Part shown: in pieces, positions 1 through 10,746 of the stretch
Layout: each line of letters begins with the position of its first letter
Position numbering within the stretch: the stretch's first letter is position 1
DNA from: Octopus sinensis
Lineage: Eukaryota
Assembly (NCBI RefSeq): GCF_006345805.1
Contig: NW_021835558.1
Coordinates: 1 to 42,948, forward strand
Length of the DNA: 42,948 nucleotides
Direction: 5' to 3'
The notes under the pieces: generated by a model
The model's database searches: none
What the model was told of the DNA's origin: nothing
The model's input: the letters and a program-made list of their open reading frames with translations, nothing else
Program-made: the position numbers and the translations under genes

Positions 1-298
1 CTCTAGTCAAAACCATAGACCATTTTTCTTTTTAAAAATAATTGATAAATATGTTTATGACTGTTAATAAATTTCAAAATAAAGTTTTTAATAAAATTAA
101 TTATTAAGTCTTTTGATTCTTTCAGCCTGACATCAAGAATGTAATCTGAACAAAAAAATTTTTAAATCGTACAAATTTTAGACATATTCACGTGTTAATT
201 GTGAAATAATAAGATTTTAAAAAATTTCCCATCAAATTTATAAGGACCTGAAATAGACACAAAAAATGTACACTCTATCATGGGATCTTTTATTAATA

Positions 299-929
299 TA
301 GGGTTTTCGGATCAATATATAACTTTTCGAATCATATAATAATTTTTCGAACAATATAATAATTTTTCGAACCAATATAATAATTTTTCGAATCAATATA
401 ATAATTTTTCGAATCAATATAATAATTTTAAATTCAAAAAGAGTAAAAGAGTAAATTATCGTTATTCTTGAATCACTTCAGAATTTGAGCATCTATTCAA
501 ATACGTTAACATCTTTCTGTAGAAGGATCCGCAATGTTCACTTGTTATTTTGTTGAATTTAGATGTAATTAGGCATCTAAGATCTTTTTCATTCTTGGCT
601 TTACCACGGACTACCAAGTTTTTCCATACTGAAAAAACATTTTCAATAGGATTTAAAAAGGACAGTATGGTGGCAAAAATTTCCTGATTATAGTTGATAC
701 TTCAGTATCATTTTTCAGTCCACGGTAGTGTAAAAAATAGGATTAGATATTATTTGTCGGCGACCATCGCTGGTTCGATTGAATATTCAGAAGCATTTGA
801 TTATGTGAATCCATTAACAGTAAATTCAGGTCAATAAAATTTAATTTTATTTAAATTTAAAAATTATTATATTGATTCGAAAAATTATTATATGGTTCGA
901 AAAATTATTATATTGATCCGAAAACCCTA
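299..929 (-). mobile_element. Non-autonomous Tc1/IS630-type element with TIRs, subterminal ~21-bp arrays and a frameshifted DDE transposase C-terminus
   Basis: TA|TAGGGTTTTCGGATCAATAT...ATATTGATCCGAAAACCCTA|TA with TA flanks at 297-298 and 930-931. Minus strand reads FLPPYCPF(frameshift)NPIENVFSVWKNLV...EVIQE*. Confidence 0.85.
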
Positions 930-2449
930 TATAAATAAAATTTACGTGGTTGATTTAGTTATATGTACGTGTTTATTTGATTTGATTTGGAAGGACTAGC
1001 TCTATCAACCTTCATTTACTAATTATAAAATTTGAATTCAATTATTTTATTATTTATTTTGATTTTATTTCTTTAAAGTCAATTTTGATTTTATTTCTTT
1101 AGAGGTCCAGTTAGGTCAATTGTAGTCCACAGTTCAGTGAGTCGAACAAATGTCTGAAGATTTATGATAAGTTTATAGATTGCCCGAAAAGACTCGAAAT
1201 GTATGAAATAGTCTACAACTTGATATATATCATAATAGTTATTTACTTGCTATTCGCGAGTATTTTTTTATTATCATAATTACCCTGGACTTCTCCAGTG
1301 GAACTATACTCCTCGATATTTATCAATTTTGTACCGAAATGTCGCTTTGTGAAAATAAAACAGCATTTGTGGGTGACTTTTTGGTATCTCAGACATACTC
1401 TCTTTGAATAATATCAGCATTGAAAAAAATGATTTTCCGACATGTCCTTTTCTTATCTCCTGGATGGCTAATCTATAATGAATGATCATAGTTTTGTCAT
1501 TTATTTTTGTTTTTTCTAAAAAGTTTATTTATAGTGAACAAGACGCAATTCTATAAGGTTCTTCAATAATTAGATATTTGATTGTCAGCTCCGATTGATT
1601 GAATTAAAAGGACTCATCTAACAAATTTTAATAAAATTTCTTTTTTTCCTTTATTTATGGTCTTTACTGTGGTTATTTCTACTTTTTCGTACTAATTTAC
1701 CGAAAAGCTATTTTTAGAATGTTTATTCTTTATTAAAGCCAGGCAATAGGTTAATATCTTAATAATTTTTATTTAGTAAATATGATTTTGACCACTAAGA
1801 ATCGAAGTAAGTTGGGCAGTATTTTAAAACTACTTTTTAACAATTTAAAAATATAATAACACACTAGCGGATAAAAACAACAATATTTGGTTTGAATATG
1901 AAAAATAATAAATTTACTAATATTAGGGCGTGTCGAATGAATCAAATTGACTATTTTTTAGCAATTAGTTATAGAGACGTAAAATACTCTATAATCAATT
2001 GTAATATTATTTTTAATTAAGAATAGATCCGAGAGAAACAAAAACTCATAGTAAAGAGTTTAATCGGCTTTAAAATATTAAAATAATATCAAAAAATTCA
2101 TTCCCTGTTATTATCCTTATCTGTAGAGAAAAATATCAAACTTATAGACAGAAAAAAAGTGAATATCATTATTAGAGTCGACAATTCAAAATTATATATT
2201 TTCTTGTTTGGGACAGTTAATTAGAATTGTATTCCTGGAAATAATCAAAAGACTATTTTCGTTTGTTTCGATCATTTAAAAAAATATGAACAAAATTAGT
2301 GTTGTGAGTTTATATTTAATTTTTTGATACGATTAGGGTCTTTTATTTTTCTAATTTCAAATTTTTCTAAGGAATACAAAAAATTAGAACGAATATTTTT
2401 AAAAATGCTAATGACTAAAATGCTATTTTAATTAGTTTTAAATGATTTA

Positions 2450-2953
2450 TTATTTCTCCAGTAACATGTACGACCGAAAAGCCACTATTCCGTGAATCAC
2501 TGTGCCGATGGATGAGAGATGACCTGACATTAAAAGGAAGACATACCGCCGCCGCGATTATAGAGTTGGGACTGACATCCTCAAACATGACTCTACTGTT
2601 ACTTCCCGAAATGATAGCCGAAATAGCGTAGAACACGCACAGGAGTATTTAGAATTATTTCACCATGTGCACGTGTTTTCATTGAAGCGAGAATTGAGTT
2701 TGAAGAAACATAATGCAATGTTTAGTAGATTGGACAGAAGAGACATTAGGCCTGTGAATACCACGAATCCTCCCCCAGCCGCGTTGAACCCGGGATGGCA
2801 GCAGAAACACTGATCACCACTGAAATAGCCACACTCTGTGCAGTGAGGTCACAATCATACACAAAAGCACACTCTTATCCAAAAGTGATTAGACTTGAAA
2901 TAGCTCTTGTCGTATATTTTGGATTCGTCTGGACTTTGTTCGGGAAGTGACAT
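2450..2953 (-). CDS. Candidate micro-intron gene or pseudogene for a small multi-pass membrane protein (possibly MARVEL-like); model unresolved
   Basis: ATG at 2953 gives MSLPEQSPDESKIYDKSYFKSNHFWIRVCFC, then hydrophobic blocks (SVAISVVISVSAAIP, FVVFTGLMSLLSNLLNIALCFF, VFYAISAIISG, IGTVIHGIVAFRSY) separable by 20-25 nt GT-AG candidates. One junction lacks an AG. Confidence 0.3.
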
Positions 2954-3214
2954 TCTGTCGGATGCCAATAAAATAAATGAATAATAATTAACCCAATTTA
3001 CTGATGTTATTAAATAATGTAACGGACAGGCATTAATGATATATAAACATATTCGTATTAGATGAACAAGAAATTATTATGATAATAAAATTTCTACCAA
3101 AAAGGACTATTATAGACTAATTGAGGCCATAACTCAGTCGTGGCTTATCGACTTAAATTCAAGGCATATTTTGTGATATTCTTAATATATTTATAAAAAT
3201 GAATAATTGCTGAA

Positions 3215-3986
3215 ATAGTGGAGACCCCACTAGGAAATCTTCAAGTTGATTTAAAATGTATTTAATTAATTTTAATAATATAATTAATTTATATTATATA
3301 TATTTTAGTAATACAAGAATTGAGAAATACTAAAATATTTAAAGAAATAAATATACAACAGGATATGGACGAACATTCTCTCGAAATGCAATATCCATTT
3401 ATTTACAAAATATTCGGAGGGTAAATTAATTATATTTAATTATATATAAATTATTTAATAAATAATTTAAAGATCAATTAAAATTGTCCCAATCATGGTG
3501 GGGTCCTGTGATTCTGAAATGTCGAGAAGAACTGCAAAAATCCTCTCAAAATATTTGATGGACAAAACCAATTTTTTTGTCATTTCCACCGATTTTTGTC
3601 ACTGGGGTACTAAAATGAGTAAATCCTCAAAGGAAGGCGATTTATGTTCAGTCCCTACGACCCCTCTAAGGGAGAGATTTGGGAATCAATCGAAGCCATG
3701 GATCGAGCTGTTTTTTGAAATAATCAAAAAATAGGGCATGAATGAGATTGAAAGTCTAAATCCTGAAGGATTTGAGGACTATTTGGAGACTACGAGGAAT
3801 ACGATATGTGGAAGGAATCCTATTCTTGTTTTATTGCATGTTTGTAGTCGGATTGTGTATGATAAGACTATTAGAGAGAGCGGTTGTGGTGGAACGCTTA
3901 GATTTGTCCGTTACGAACAGTCTAGTCGAGTTGTGAAGAGAGGTGAGTCATCTGTTAGCTATGCTTCTGCCTATTTCGATTTTTAA
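3215..3986 (+). CDS. MEMO1: MEMO1 / Memo-like protein, multi-exon; 5' exons not resolved
   Basis: Removing GT-AG introns 3258-3308, 3421-3472, 3607-3632, 3710-3734 (and probably 3840-3866) gives ETPLGNLQVD...DEHSLEMQYPFIYKIFGGSIKIVPIMVG...ISTDFCHWGRRFMFSPYDPSKGEIWESIEAMDRAGMNEIESLNPEGFEDYLETTRNTICGRNPI...SSVSYASAYFDF*, matching MEMO1 motifs DEHSIEMH, SDFCHWG, NTICGRHPI and SSVSYA. Confidence 0.92.
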
Positions 3987-5854
3987 TTTATTTTGACTTT
4001 ATTTTTCTCTAATTAATTCTGAAAAATATTTTTGGATCTCTAAATTTACTGATTTTGATTATATTCAATGAAAGTTAATAAAATTGAAACAAGAAAAGTC
4101 GTTTTTTAGAGAAATTAAAAACAAATTTATTTTTCGTGGAAGGTCTTAATTATACCCTCTACTAACAGCCTTTTTTTAATAAAAATTTTTCGTTCGTTTT
4201 TTCGTATCTCTTTTCCTTCATTTATGTATTAGAGATATTCTCAAATCGTTTTAGGTGGTTATATTCGAAAAGAATTTGCTTGACTTGCTTTGCAGTGGTC
4301 TTCTCGGGCAGTAGCATAGCACAAAAAAACTGATTTTGTAGATTCGTTTTTGTTAAAGTTTTTTGCATTTCCTTTAGCATCCTTAGTTTTATGTCTAAGC
4401 AGGTTTAGATATTATATTTCCAAACAACATCTGTAGCCATGTGGGTTTTTTTCGACATAAAAACATTCCTGTCAAAATTTCACGATTTAGATTTGGCAAG
4501 TGATGTATGTGAAGTGTTTAAACACTTCTTTCCTCTGAACGTAATCCTTATGTAAGACCATTTGTCTGGGTACTTTCTTTTCTTGAAGAAAGAGTACAGA
4601 CTATTACTTGCCAACTTCCATCTCTCCTCTTTGAGCCGTCTCTGTTAAGCCCGCAAAGGTCCTTGTTGACTTTTTCCTGCTACTTTCCTCGTAGATTTCT
4701 TTGGATTGCTTAGAATCAATTGGATATTTTTAATCTGAGCAGACAACTAAATGACAGTTCATTTATAAATTTCAACACTTGACCCCACTACGCTCTTAAT
4801 ATTGGCCATAGATTTTTCTGTAGAAAACTTCTGATTTTAATTCTCACCAATCAGAAATCATCTGTCACGGGCCTCCTCCCGAATTTGGCTTTGGCAACAA
4901 TCACTATTTCCCAACTTAATGCGACTTTTCACAGTCATGTGCCTAGAAATAATATTAAATTTTTTTCAAACTATCATGAATTTTATACATGGATTTAAGA
5001 AATTTAAATTATATATTAAATTATATTATTATCGTTTAATTTATTAATGGTAAACCTAAAAATTTATAAATTCACACTTTTAATTAATTATGACGAGTCG
5101 CACGCACGTTCTTTTGTTGTTCTTATTTTGCTGCAAATATTAATTTTTTATTCATAATTATTTATTCTATTCAAGGACTTTATGCATATTGATATTTGCT
5201 CAGAACCTTCCATGAATTAAAAAAAATGTTGGTTATGAGTTTGTTTTTACAATATTGTGATATGTATTATTCCTTAGTTTATGATTTAATAATATATTAT
5301 TTTATTCACTTTGATGACTTTTTTTGATAAACTAATTTTTTAAATTCCAATCGTCAAATCGGTTCTAAATGTTACAGTGCTCGTCAAAAAAAATTGCTCA
5401 GCCATTTTTTTATGCTTTTATTGACAAATTAATAAAAAATTTAATCTTACGCTTTATTTTTTATTCTAATTCTCAAGTATACTAAGTATTTATTTATGCG
5501 ATTTTATTGTAATTTTATTTATGTATGTATGTATAATTTTGTATAATTTTATTTTTCAGACATTTTTTAATTTATTTTTCTATTTTTTTGAATCAACATT
5601 ACTTAATGATTATTAATGTTTGTTATACTTTTATTCTATGCCGAATTTTTATTTCATAAAATAAAACAGTTGTATTGTTTGATTTCCCAGTATGTATTTT
5701 TTGGCTTATCTGTTCTAAGTACAAATAGAGTAATATATTGTCAAATAATTTGAATTTAAATTTAATTGAAAACAATACTAAAATTGAAAACAATATTTTT
5801 CTTAATTAATTCTGAAAAATATTTTTGGATCTCTAAATTTACTGATTTTGATTA

Positions 5855-7068
5855 TATTCAATGAAAGCTAATACAATTGAAACAGGAAAAGTCGTTTTTT
5901 AGAGAAATTAAAAACAAATTAATTTTTTTATGGAAATAAAGTTTTATTTTCAATTCATATTTTTATTCGTAGTTTTATACATCTAGACATTCAGAATTTA
6001 AAGTGGTTATGTAATGTGTTGACTAATTATTGCATAAAGCTAACTATAAATATGAAATAAACTATTTTTAGTTAAATTAGAACAAGTAAACACAAAAATT
6101 TATTTTAAGAACACAATTTTATCAAAAGAATATTTATTCCGAATAATTCAGATAAAAATCACGAAAATCTTAAAAACATTGACAATTATCACTATTTTGA
6201 CAATAAACACAAAAAAACTCTTTTAATTCCATAAAACAGTTTGATGTTTATATTGTTTGATTTTCATTGTCAACAAATTTATAAAATAACAAAAATTTGA
6301 GAAAAATATTTTGCTTTTTTTCGTCATATAAAATTCTAAATATCGAATAATTAATTTCAAAAAGCATGAAAACGCGTCTTTTGATCCAAACTAACTCCAT
6401 AATAAACAAGTATTATAAGAGTATTGTCAGCAAATTTTTCAATAAAATAATACATGTGACATGGGCAGCTTGGTACGTATGGGCAACCGGTTACATTTTA
6501 CTTTGAAAAATTTTAATTTACCCTTGAACAAATCATCTTATTTTAATCATTAAAGATTAATGTATTTTAACAAAAAAGATTTTAAGATAAATTATTTTTT
6601 TTAGTCTTTCCTGACCAGCAACTTGGCATTAATCACCAATCTAATCTCGAAATGAATTGGCCGGTCTCTCAGAATCACCAAAAATCTAAACAGTCACAAA
6701 ACATTCCCACCTTTCGACAACATTTCCTCAAATTTGATCTCAAAAAATCCATTTTTCACGATAATTTTAATAATCTTTTATTTCAATAAACGATTTAAAT
6801 GATTGATAAATTAGATAAACATTAAATTTTTTCCAAACTACAACTTTTTAACGCTAATTTTTATCAACTCACAAAGTTAAGACATATCACGATTTTGACT
6901 AATTTGATATTACTTTATTATATATAATTATTTGATTATTTTAATAAACATTTAAAAGTAGCACGTTTTTCTTGTTTTGCTGTGTTATTCACTCTTGCCT
7001 TGATCTGTGCTGTCAGTATACTCACAGCCCCGTTGCAAGGCCACATTATAATAACTTCATTATGCAAG
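5855..7068 (+). repeat. Direct repeat A, copy 1 (~1.2 kb; mirror 35867-37079)
   Basis: tattcaatgaaagctaatacaattg...ttatgcaag recurs at 13254-14485. Confidence 0.9.
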
Positions 7069-7093
7069 CTTACATTCTATTTTAAATATTTAA

Positions 7094-7133
7094 TGTCACC
7101 GGCTCATTAATGGACCCGGCATATTAATGGACC
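7094..7133 (+). mobile_element. Orphan TGT-starting transposon terminus, probably Ginger-type (mirror 35802-35841)
   Basis: TGTCACCGGCTCATTAATGGACCCGGCATATTAATGGACC, nearly identical to the terminus at 10747 upstream of the integrase; contains an internal ~17-bp tandem repeat. Confidence 0.6.
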
Positions 7134-7429
7134 GCATCAAAATGTCATTAATATCAATTACGTCCATATGAAAGTATCTTACTTTTTTCTAAGTCCAATT
7201 TTAAACCTATTTTTGATGGTTTTAATGACTTCTGGAAAACTAAGATTGACAACATAACAAACCTAACCTTATTTTTGAAAATTATTGATTAATTATTATA
7301 TTGTTTATTATATTTAGAGGGTTTCCATTTTAAAATAATCAATTTTTCATTTTAAAATAGTAATAGTAAACTTTTAAAATTTGAGATATGAATATTCTAA
7401 CGTAAAAAGTCAATTTCGAAAGACAATCT

Positions 7430-7970
7430 TAACCAAGACAATCTTAACCAAACGAGGACAGTTCATGTTTGACGGTCGTAGCAAGCGAGGGGGAGGTTCT
7501 GTTAACGGATGGGAGAAAGCCGAGGCCGAAAGAGACAAGCAGAACAACTTAAGCCAGTGATTCCCTGTCGGAGGCCAGAGGGTCGTCAATTGCGGTGGAC
7601 AAAGAGGAAGCAGCTGGGATACTGTGCGGGATTTGTCGGAGGCGGCGGAGGAGTTTGATGGATTTGAGAACGTAAGGGACAGAATGGGTCCCGAATACAG
7701 GGTCAGAGAAAGGGAAGGAATCAGCGGAGCAGCGAGTGCCGAGAGTGGCGGTGGCGGATGGGGTGGATGAAAGTAATGGGGTGCCGGAAAGACAAGCGGG
7801 ACAGACCCAAGATGGGATACGTTCCGAAGTGCGGTGGGAAAGGGAGACACAAGAAAGATGAAAGAACCGATAACACGATGAGCAGAGAGGACGGCCTTCT
7901 TTCTTTTGTTGACCATGTTGCAGATTGAGCAGGGGGAAACAGGATTAAGAGTTGAATGAGAGACCACCAT
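7430..7970 (-). mobile_element. N-terminal part of a CRE-like non-LTR retrotransposon with a frameshifted PHD finger
   Basis: PCSICNMVNKRKKAVL (frameshift) CSSCYRFFHLSC...WVCPAC gives a C4HC3 pattern, followed by KLLRRLRQIP, HWLKLF and SLATTVKHEL, resembling the pre-RT region of CRE elements as I recall it. Confidence 0.65.
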
Positions 7971-8114
7971 ATGAAAAGATTATAACAGAACGAATAATGG
8001 ATAGAAAGAAATAGACAAAGAAAGATTATACGGATAGGAAAGAATTAGAGAAATCAGAATATTAGATACAACAACAGATTAATATTAGATACAACAACAT
8101 GCATAAAGGAAACC

Positions 8115-8813
8115 ATGGACCAGAGAAGGTTGGCTTGTTTACAAGCGGGCAGCCAGCCCCTACGCGGCGCGTGGCTAAACTGTTACCCTTGTAATACAAC
8201 TGGCTGCCTTCTTAATGATGAAGCCGTAAGAATTGGAGTTTGTCTGCGCCTCGGTCTACGTGTCTATGAAAAACACCAATGCCGGTGCGGCATGTGGACT
8301 GACGAGTTAGGATATCACTCCCTCTCATGTCGAAACGGAATTGGACGGTCCTCACGGCATTCCGAACTGAACCAGATCATCTGTCGATCTCTTCGAACTG
8401 CTGGATTCCACACACAATTGGAACCTGCAGGGATTTTCGTAGAAGACGGCAGAAGACCCGATGGGATGACCACATTTCCATTTCAGAGGGGAAAGTGTCT
8501 GGTTTGGGACGTCACGTGTGTGAACTCCTTTTCCAATCAGAACATCAAATTATGCATCGAGAATGCAGAAGCCCCGTCTGAACGGGCAGAGAAGAGAAAA
8601 GCTGAGAAATACGCTGGAATTGGGAATGGGAGAGTGTTTGTCCCCCTGGCTGTTGAGACGTCAGGAATACAGGGGCCTTCTACTCGGACCCTACTCCAGC
8701 GCATTGCCTCATTAATCGGAAGGGTTACCGGCGACCCGTGTGAGCACCGGTATTTAATCGAAAGAATATCTATAGCAATAGTCAGAGGCAATACTCTGGC
8801 TATCTGCCAATGA
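8115..8813 (+). mobile_element. CRE-clade non-LTR retrotransposon C-terminus (CCHC knuckle plus restriction-like endonuclease); RT absent
   Basis: GAWLNCYP...LLNDEAVRIGVCLRLG, CRCG...GYHSLSC, RHSELN, RRPDG, LVWDVTC, KAEKY, FVPLAVETSG, RISIAIVRGN. Confidence 0.88.
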
Positions 8814-8995
8814 CTATTTCTCTTTTGATTTGAAATATATTTTATATTTTAGAAAAAAAAGATAATTAAATAACAAAAAATGAAAAAAGTGCACCACAAC
8901 AACGTGCAACAACAACGTCAAAATACCCAAAATTATTAACGTTATTTGTGCTATAATAAGTTGTTTGTGACCGGCGAAATTTTAATGCAATTTTA

Positions 8996-9125
8996 TGTAA
9001 AATTTGTGGTGACCGTTCATCTGGAGTTCATTACGGAGTCGCAACATGTGAAGGTTGCAAGGTACTTTGTAGATTAACGTTTCCTTGCATTTATTTAGTC
9101 TTTTTTCCGCAGGACATTGGAGTGA
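8996..9125 (+). pseudogene. Nuclear hormone receptor DNA-binding domain, first C4 finger only (ROR/HR3-like motif), ending in an in-frame TGA
   Basis: [22 protein letters not shown] | 37-nt GT-AG intron 9062-9098 | SFFRRTLE*. No convincing second finger found. Confidence 0.8.
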
Positions 9126-10201
9126 CCCTGGTAATCATTCGAGTCCATTTTAGGTGGAACTGGCCAATTGCAGTCATCCGTTTATTGGCTTTTGTTCTTA
9201 TATTGAATTCAACTTTTATTTCAAAGAAAACAAGGATTTTTCAAAAATTCTTGTAGTTCAGTCAGGAGATGAGGTTTTGCAGCATTTTGTTGATATTTGG
9301 TTTTTTGTTGTATTTTTATTTTAGTACAAAGTGCGACGTGAATTTCAGAGCCGGACTTTGTGAATTGGAGATTTTAAATTGAGAAGAATTTAAATTAAGG
9401 GCGACGAGTTTGTAACTTGCTGTGGTGACTCAGATACCAGGAGAAACACTGTCAGGTCGTGGATAACTTCGGAAGTAGTTTTTGATTAACTTTCGAGAGT
9501 TATATGTTGTGTTAAGATTAAATAAATGCATTGGATGAAGATTAAATAAACGATGAAATGAATTCAAATTAACTTGCAAAATAAAATTTATCCATGATAT
9601 TTTACCAGTAATCAAATTTAATTAATCTTCAAACAATTTAAAAAATAGAATAAAAATAAAACATTAATATAAAAAAGATTGAAATTAGAAATAAAAATTA
9701 ACAACAAAAAGCACAACACAAGAAAAGAAAATAACATGCGTGACACGTAATAATTTATTGTAATTAATTCGATAAATTTAAAACTTTTAAAAATTAAATA
9801 AATAACATTTAATAATGTGATTCTGTTTGAATTCAGCTAGGAACAAAAATTAAGGTGGTTTATATTAATGGAGAGGGTATCTAATATATTTGCATCAAAT
9901 AAAACAAAAAATAAAATTTTCTAAGCATTATCCTTTCTATCTACTTTTGAAAAAATGACAGAATCTCTTACCATATGAAGTGAATCAAAAAAAGTTGTTT
10001 AAGTTTGTAGAACACATAAGCGAAAATTATTTACAAGTCTTTTATCTATGACAAGATGATTGTAATCAAAAAAGTTGCCAAAATTTGTCATTAACCACTC
10101 ATATGTATTACTAAATTAAACAGCAGATCATCAGTAATTGAATACTAAGAACAAGACCAGACACAAAAACTTTGCAGAAATACAGAGGAAATTGTAATGA
10201 A

Positions 10202-10592
10202 AAAAAATCTATAAATGGGATGCAACTTGCTCAGATACTTTTTCCGAACAAAATCTTCCTCCCTCAGCTGTCGCAGTTGGCCCTGCTTTTTGCAGAGCAG
10301 AAGAATTAAAGATTTCAAAGTACATTAATCTCTCGGAACGCTATCTGTTTACCCCGATCGCCGTGGAGACCTCTGGCGTAATCAGTGACAGGTCACTCAT
10401 TTTCCTCAAAAAGCTGGGTCGTCTGATTTCTCGCAAGAAAAACGACACGCGTGAGTTTGGATGCCTCCTTCAGAGGATTTCCCTTGCCATTGTACGTGGA
10501 AAATGTTTCTCCATCTACGAGTCCTCTTGTTAACTCTCTTTTCTCTCTGTTTTCTTTTAAGAAATAAATTGTATATAAAAAATCTATAAATG
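10202..10592 (+). mobile_element. 5'-truncated CRE-type retroinsertion with 16-bp target-site duplication
   Basis: Open frame 10216-10533 WDATCSDTF...KISKY...FTPIAVETSG...LLQRISLAIVRG...*; aaaaaatctataaatg at 10202-10217 and 10577-10592. Confidence 0.85.
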
Positions 10593-10746
10593 AACTAGAA
10601 GTAAAACACAAAACAAAATTAAAAAAATAAAACGAGAATTATTACTTTTTTACTTTTTTTAATTGTCAAAATTGTTTAATTGATGTTTAGATTTAACTGA
10701 TTATATTTTTGATAAAATTTTGAACTTAGTTTATTTGATAATTAAA

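Noticed and set aside
301-430. Regular ~21-bp repeats as a CRISPR array
   Set aside because: Units are contiguous with no unique spacers, lie inside TIRs, and the DNA is eukaryotic with no cas genes.
1140-1560. ORFs 1304..1489 and 41363..41629 (RLAIQEIRKGHVG...)
   Set aside because: No recognisable family; may be exons of an unmodelled gene but cannot be supported.
4150-4950. Coding-like segment on the minus strand (LYSFFKKRKYPDKWSY...)
   Set aside because: Stops and frameshifts and no motif I can assign; possibly an old retroelement end.
7410-7970. 186-aa Pro/Ser-rich ORF as a host gene
   Set aside because: It crosses frames of a frameshifted PHD/CRE fragment; the conserved motifs are split among frames.
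8327-8791. ORFs 8327..8581+ and 8537..8791- (and mirrors)
   Set aside because: Alternate-frame and antisense shadows of the CRE RLE ORF.
8937-9125. Alternative genetic code (TAA or TGA read as sense) to rescue the nuclear receptor
   Set aside because: MEMO1, RPL21 and CRE frames end at TAA or TGA where homologues end, and readthrough does not recover a second finger.
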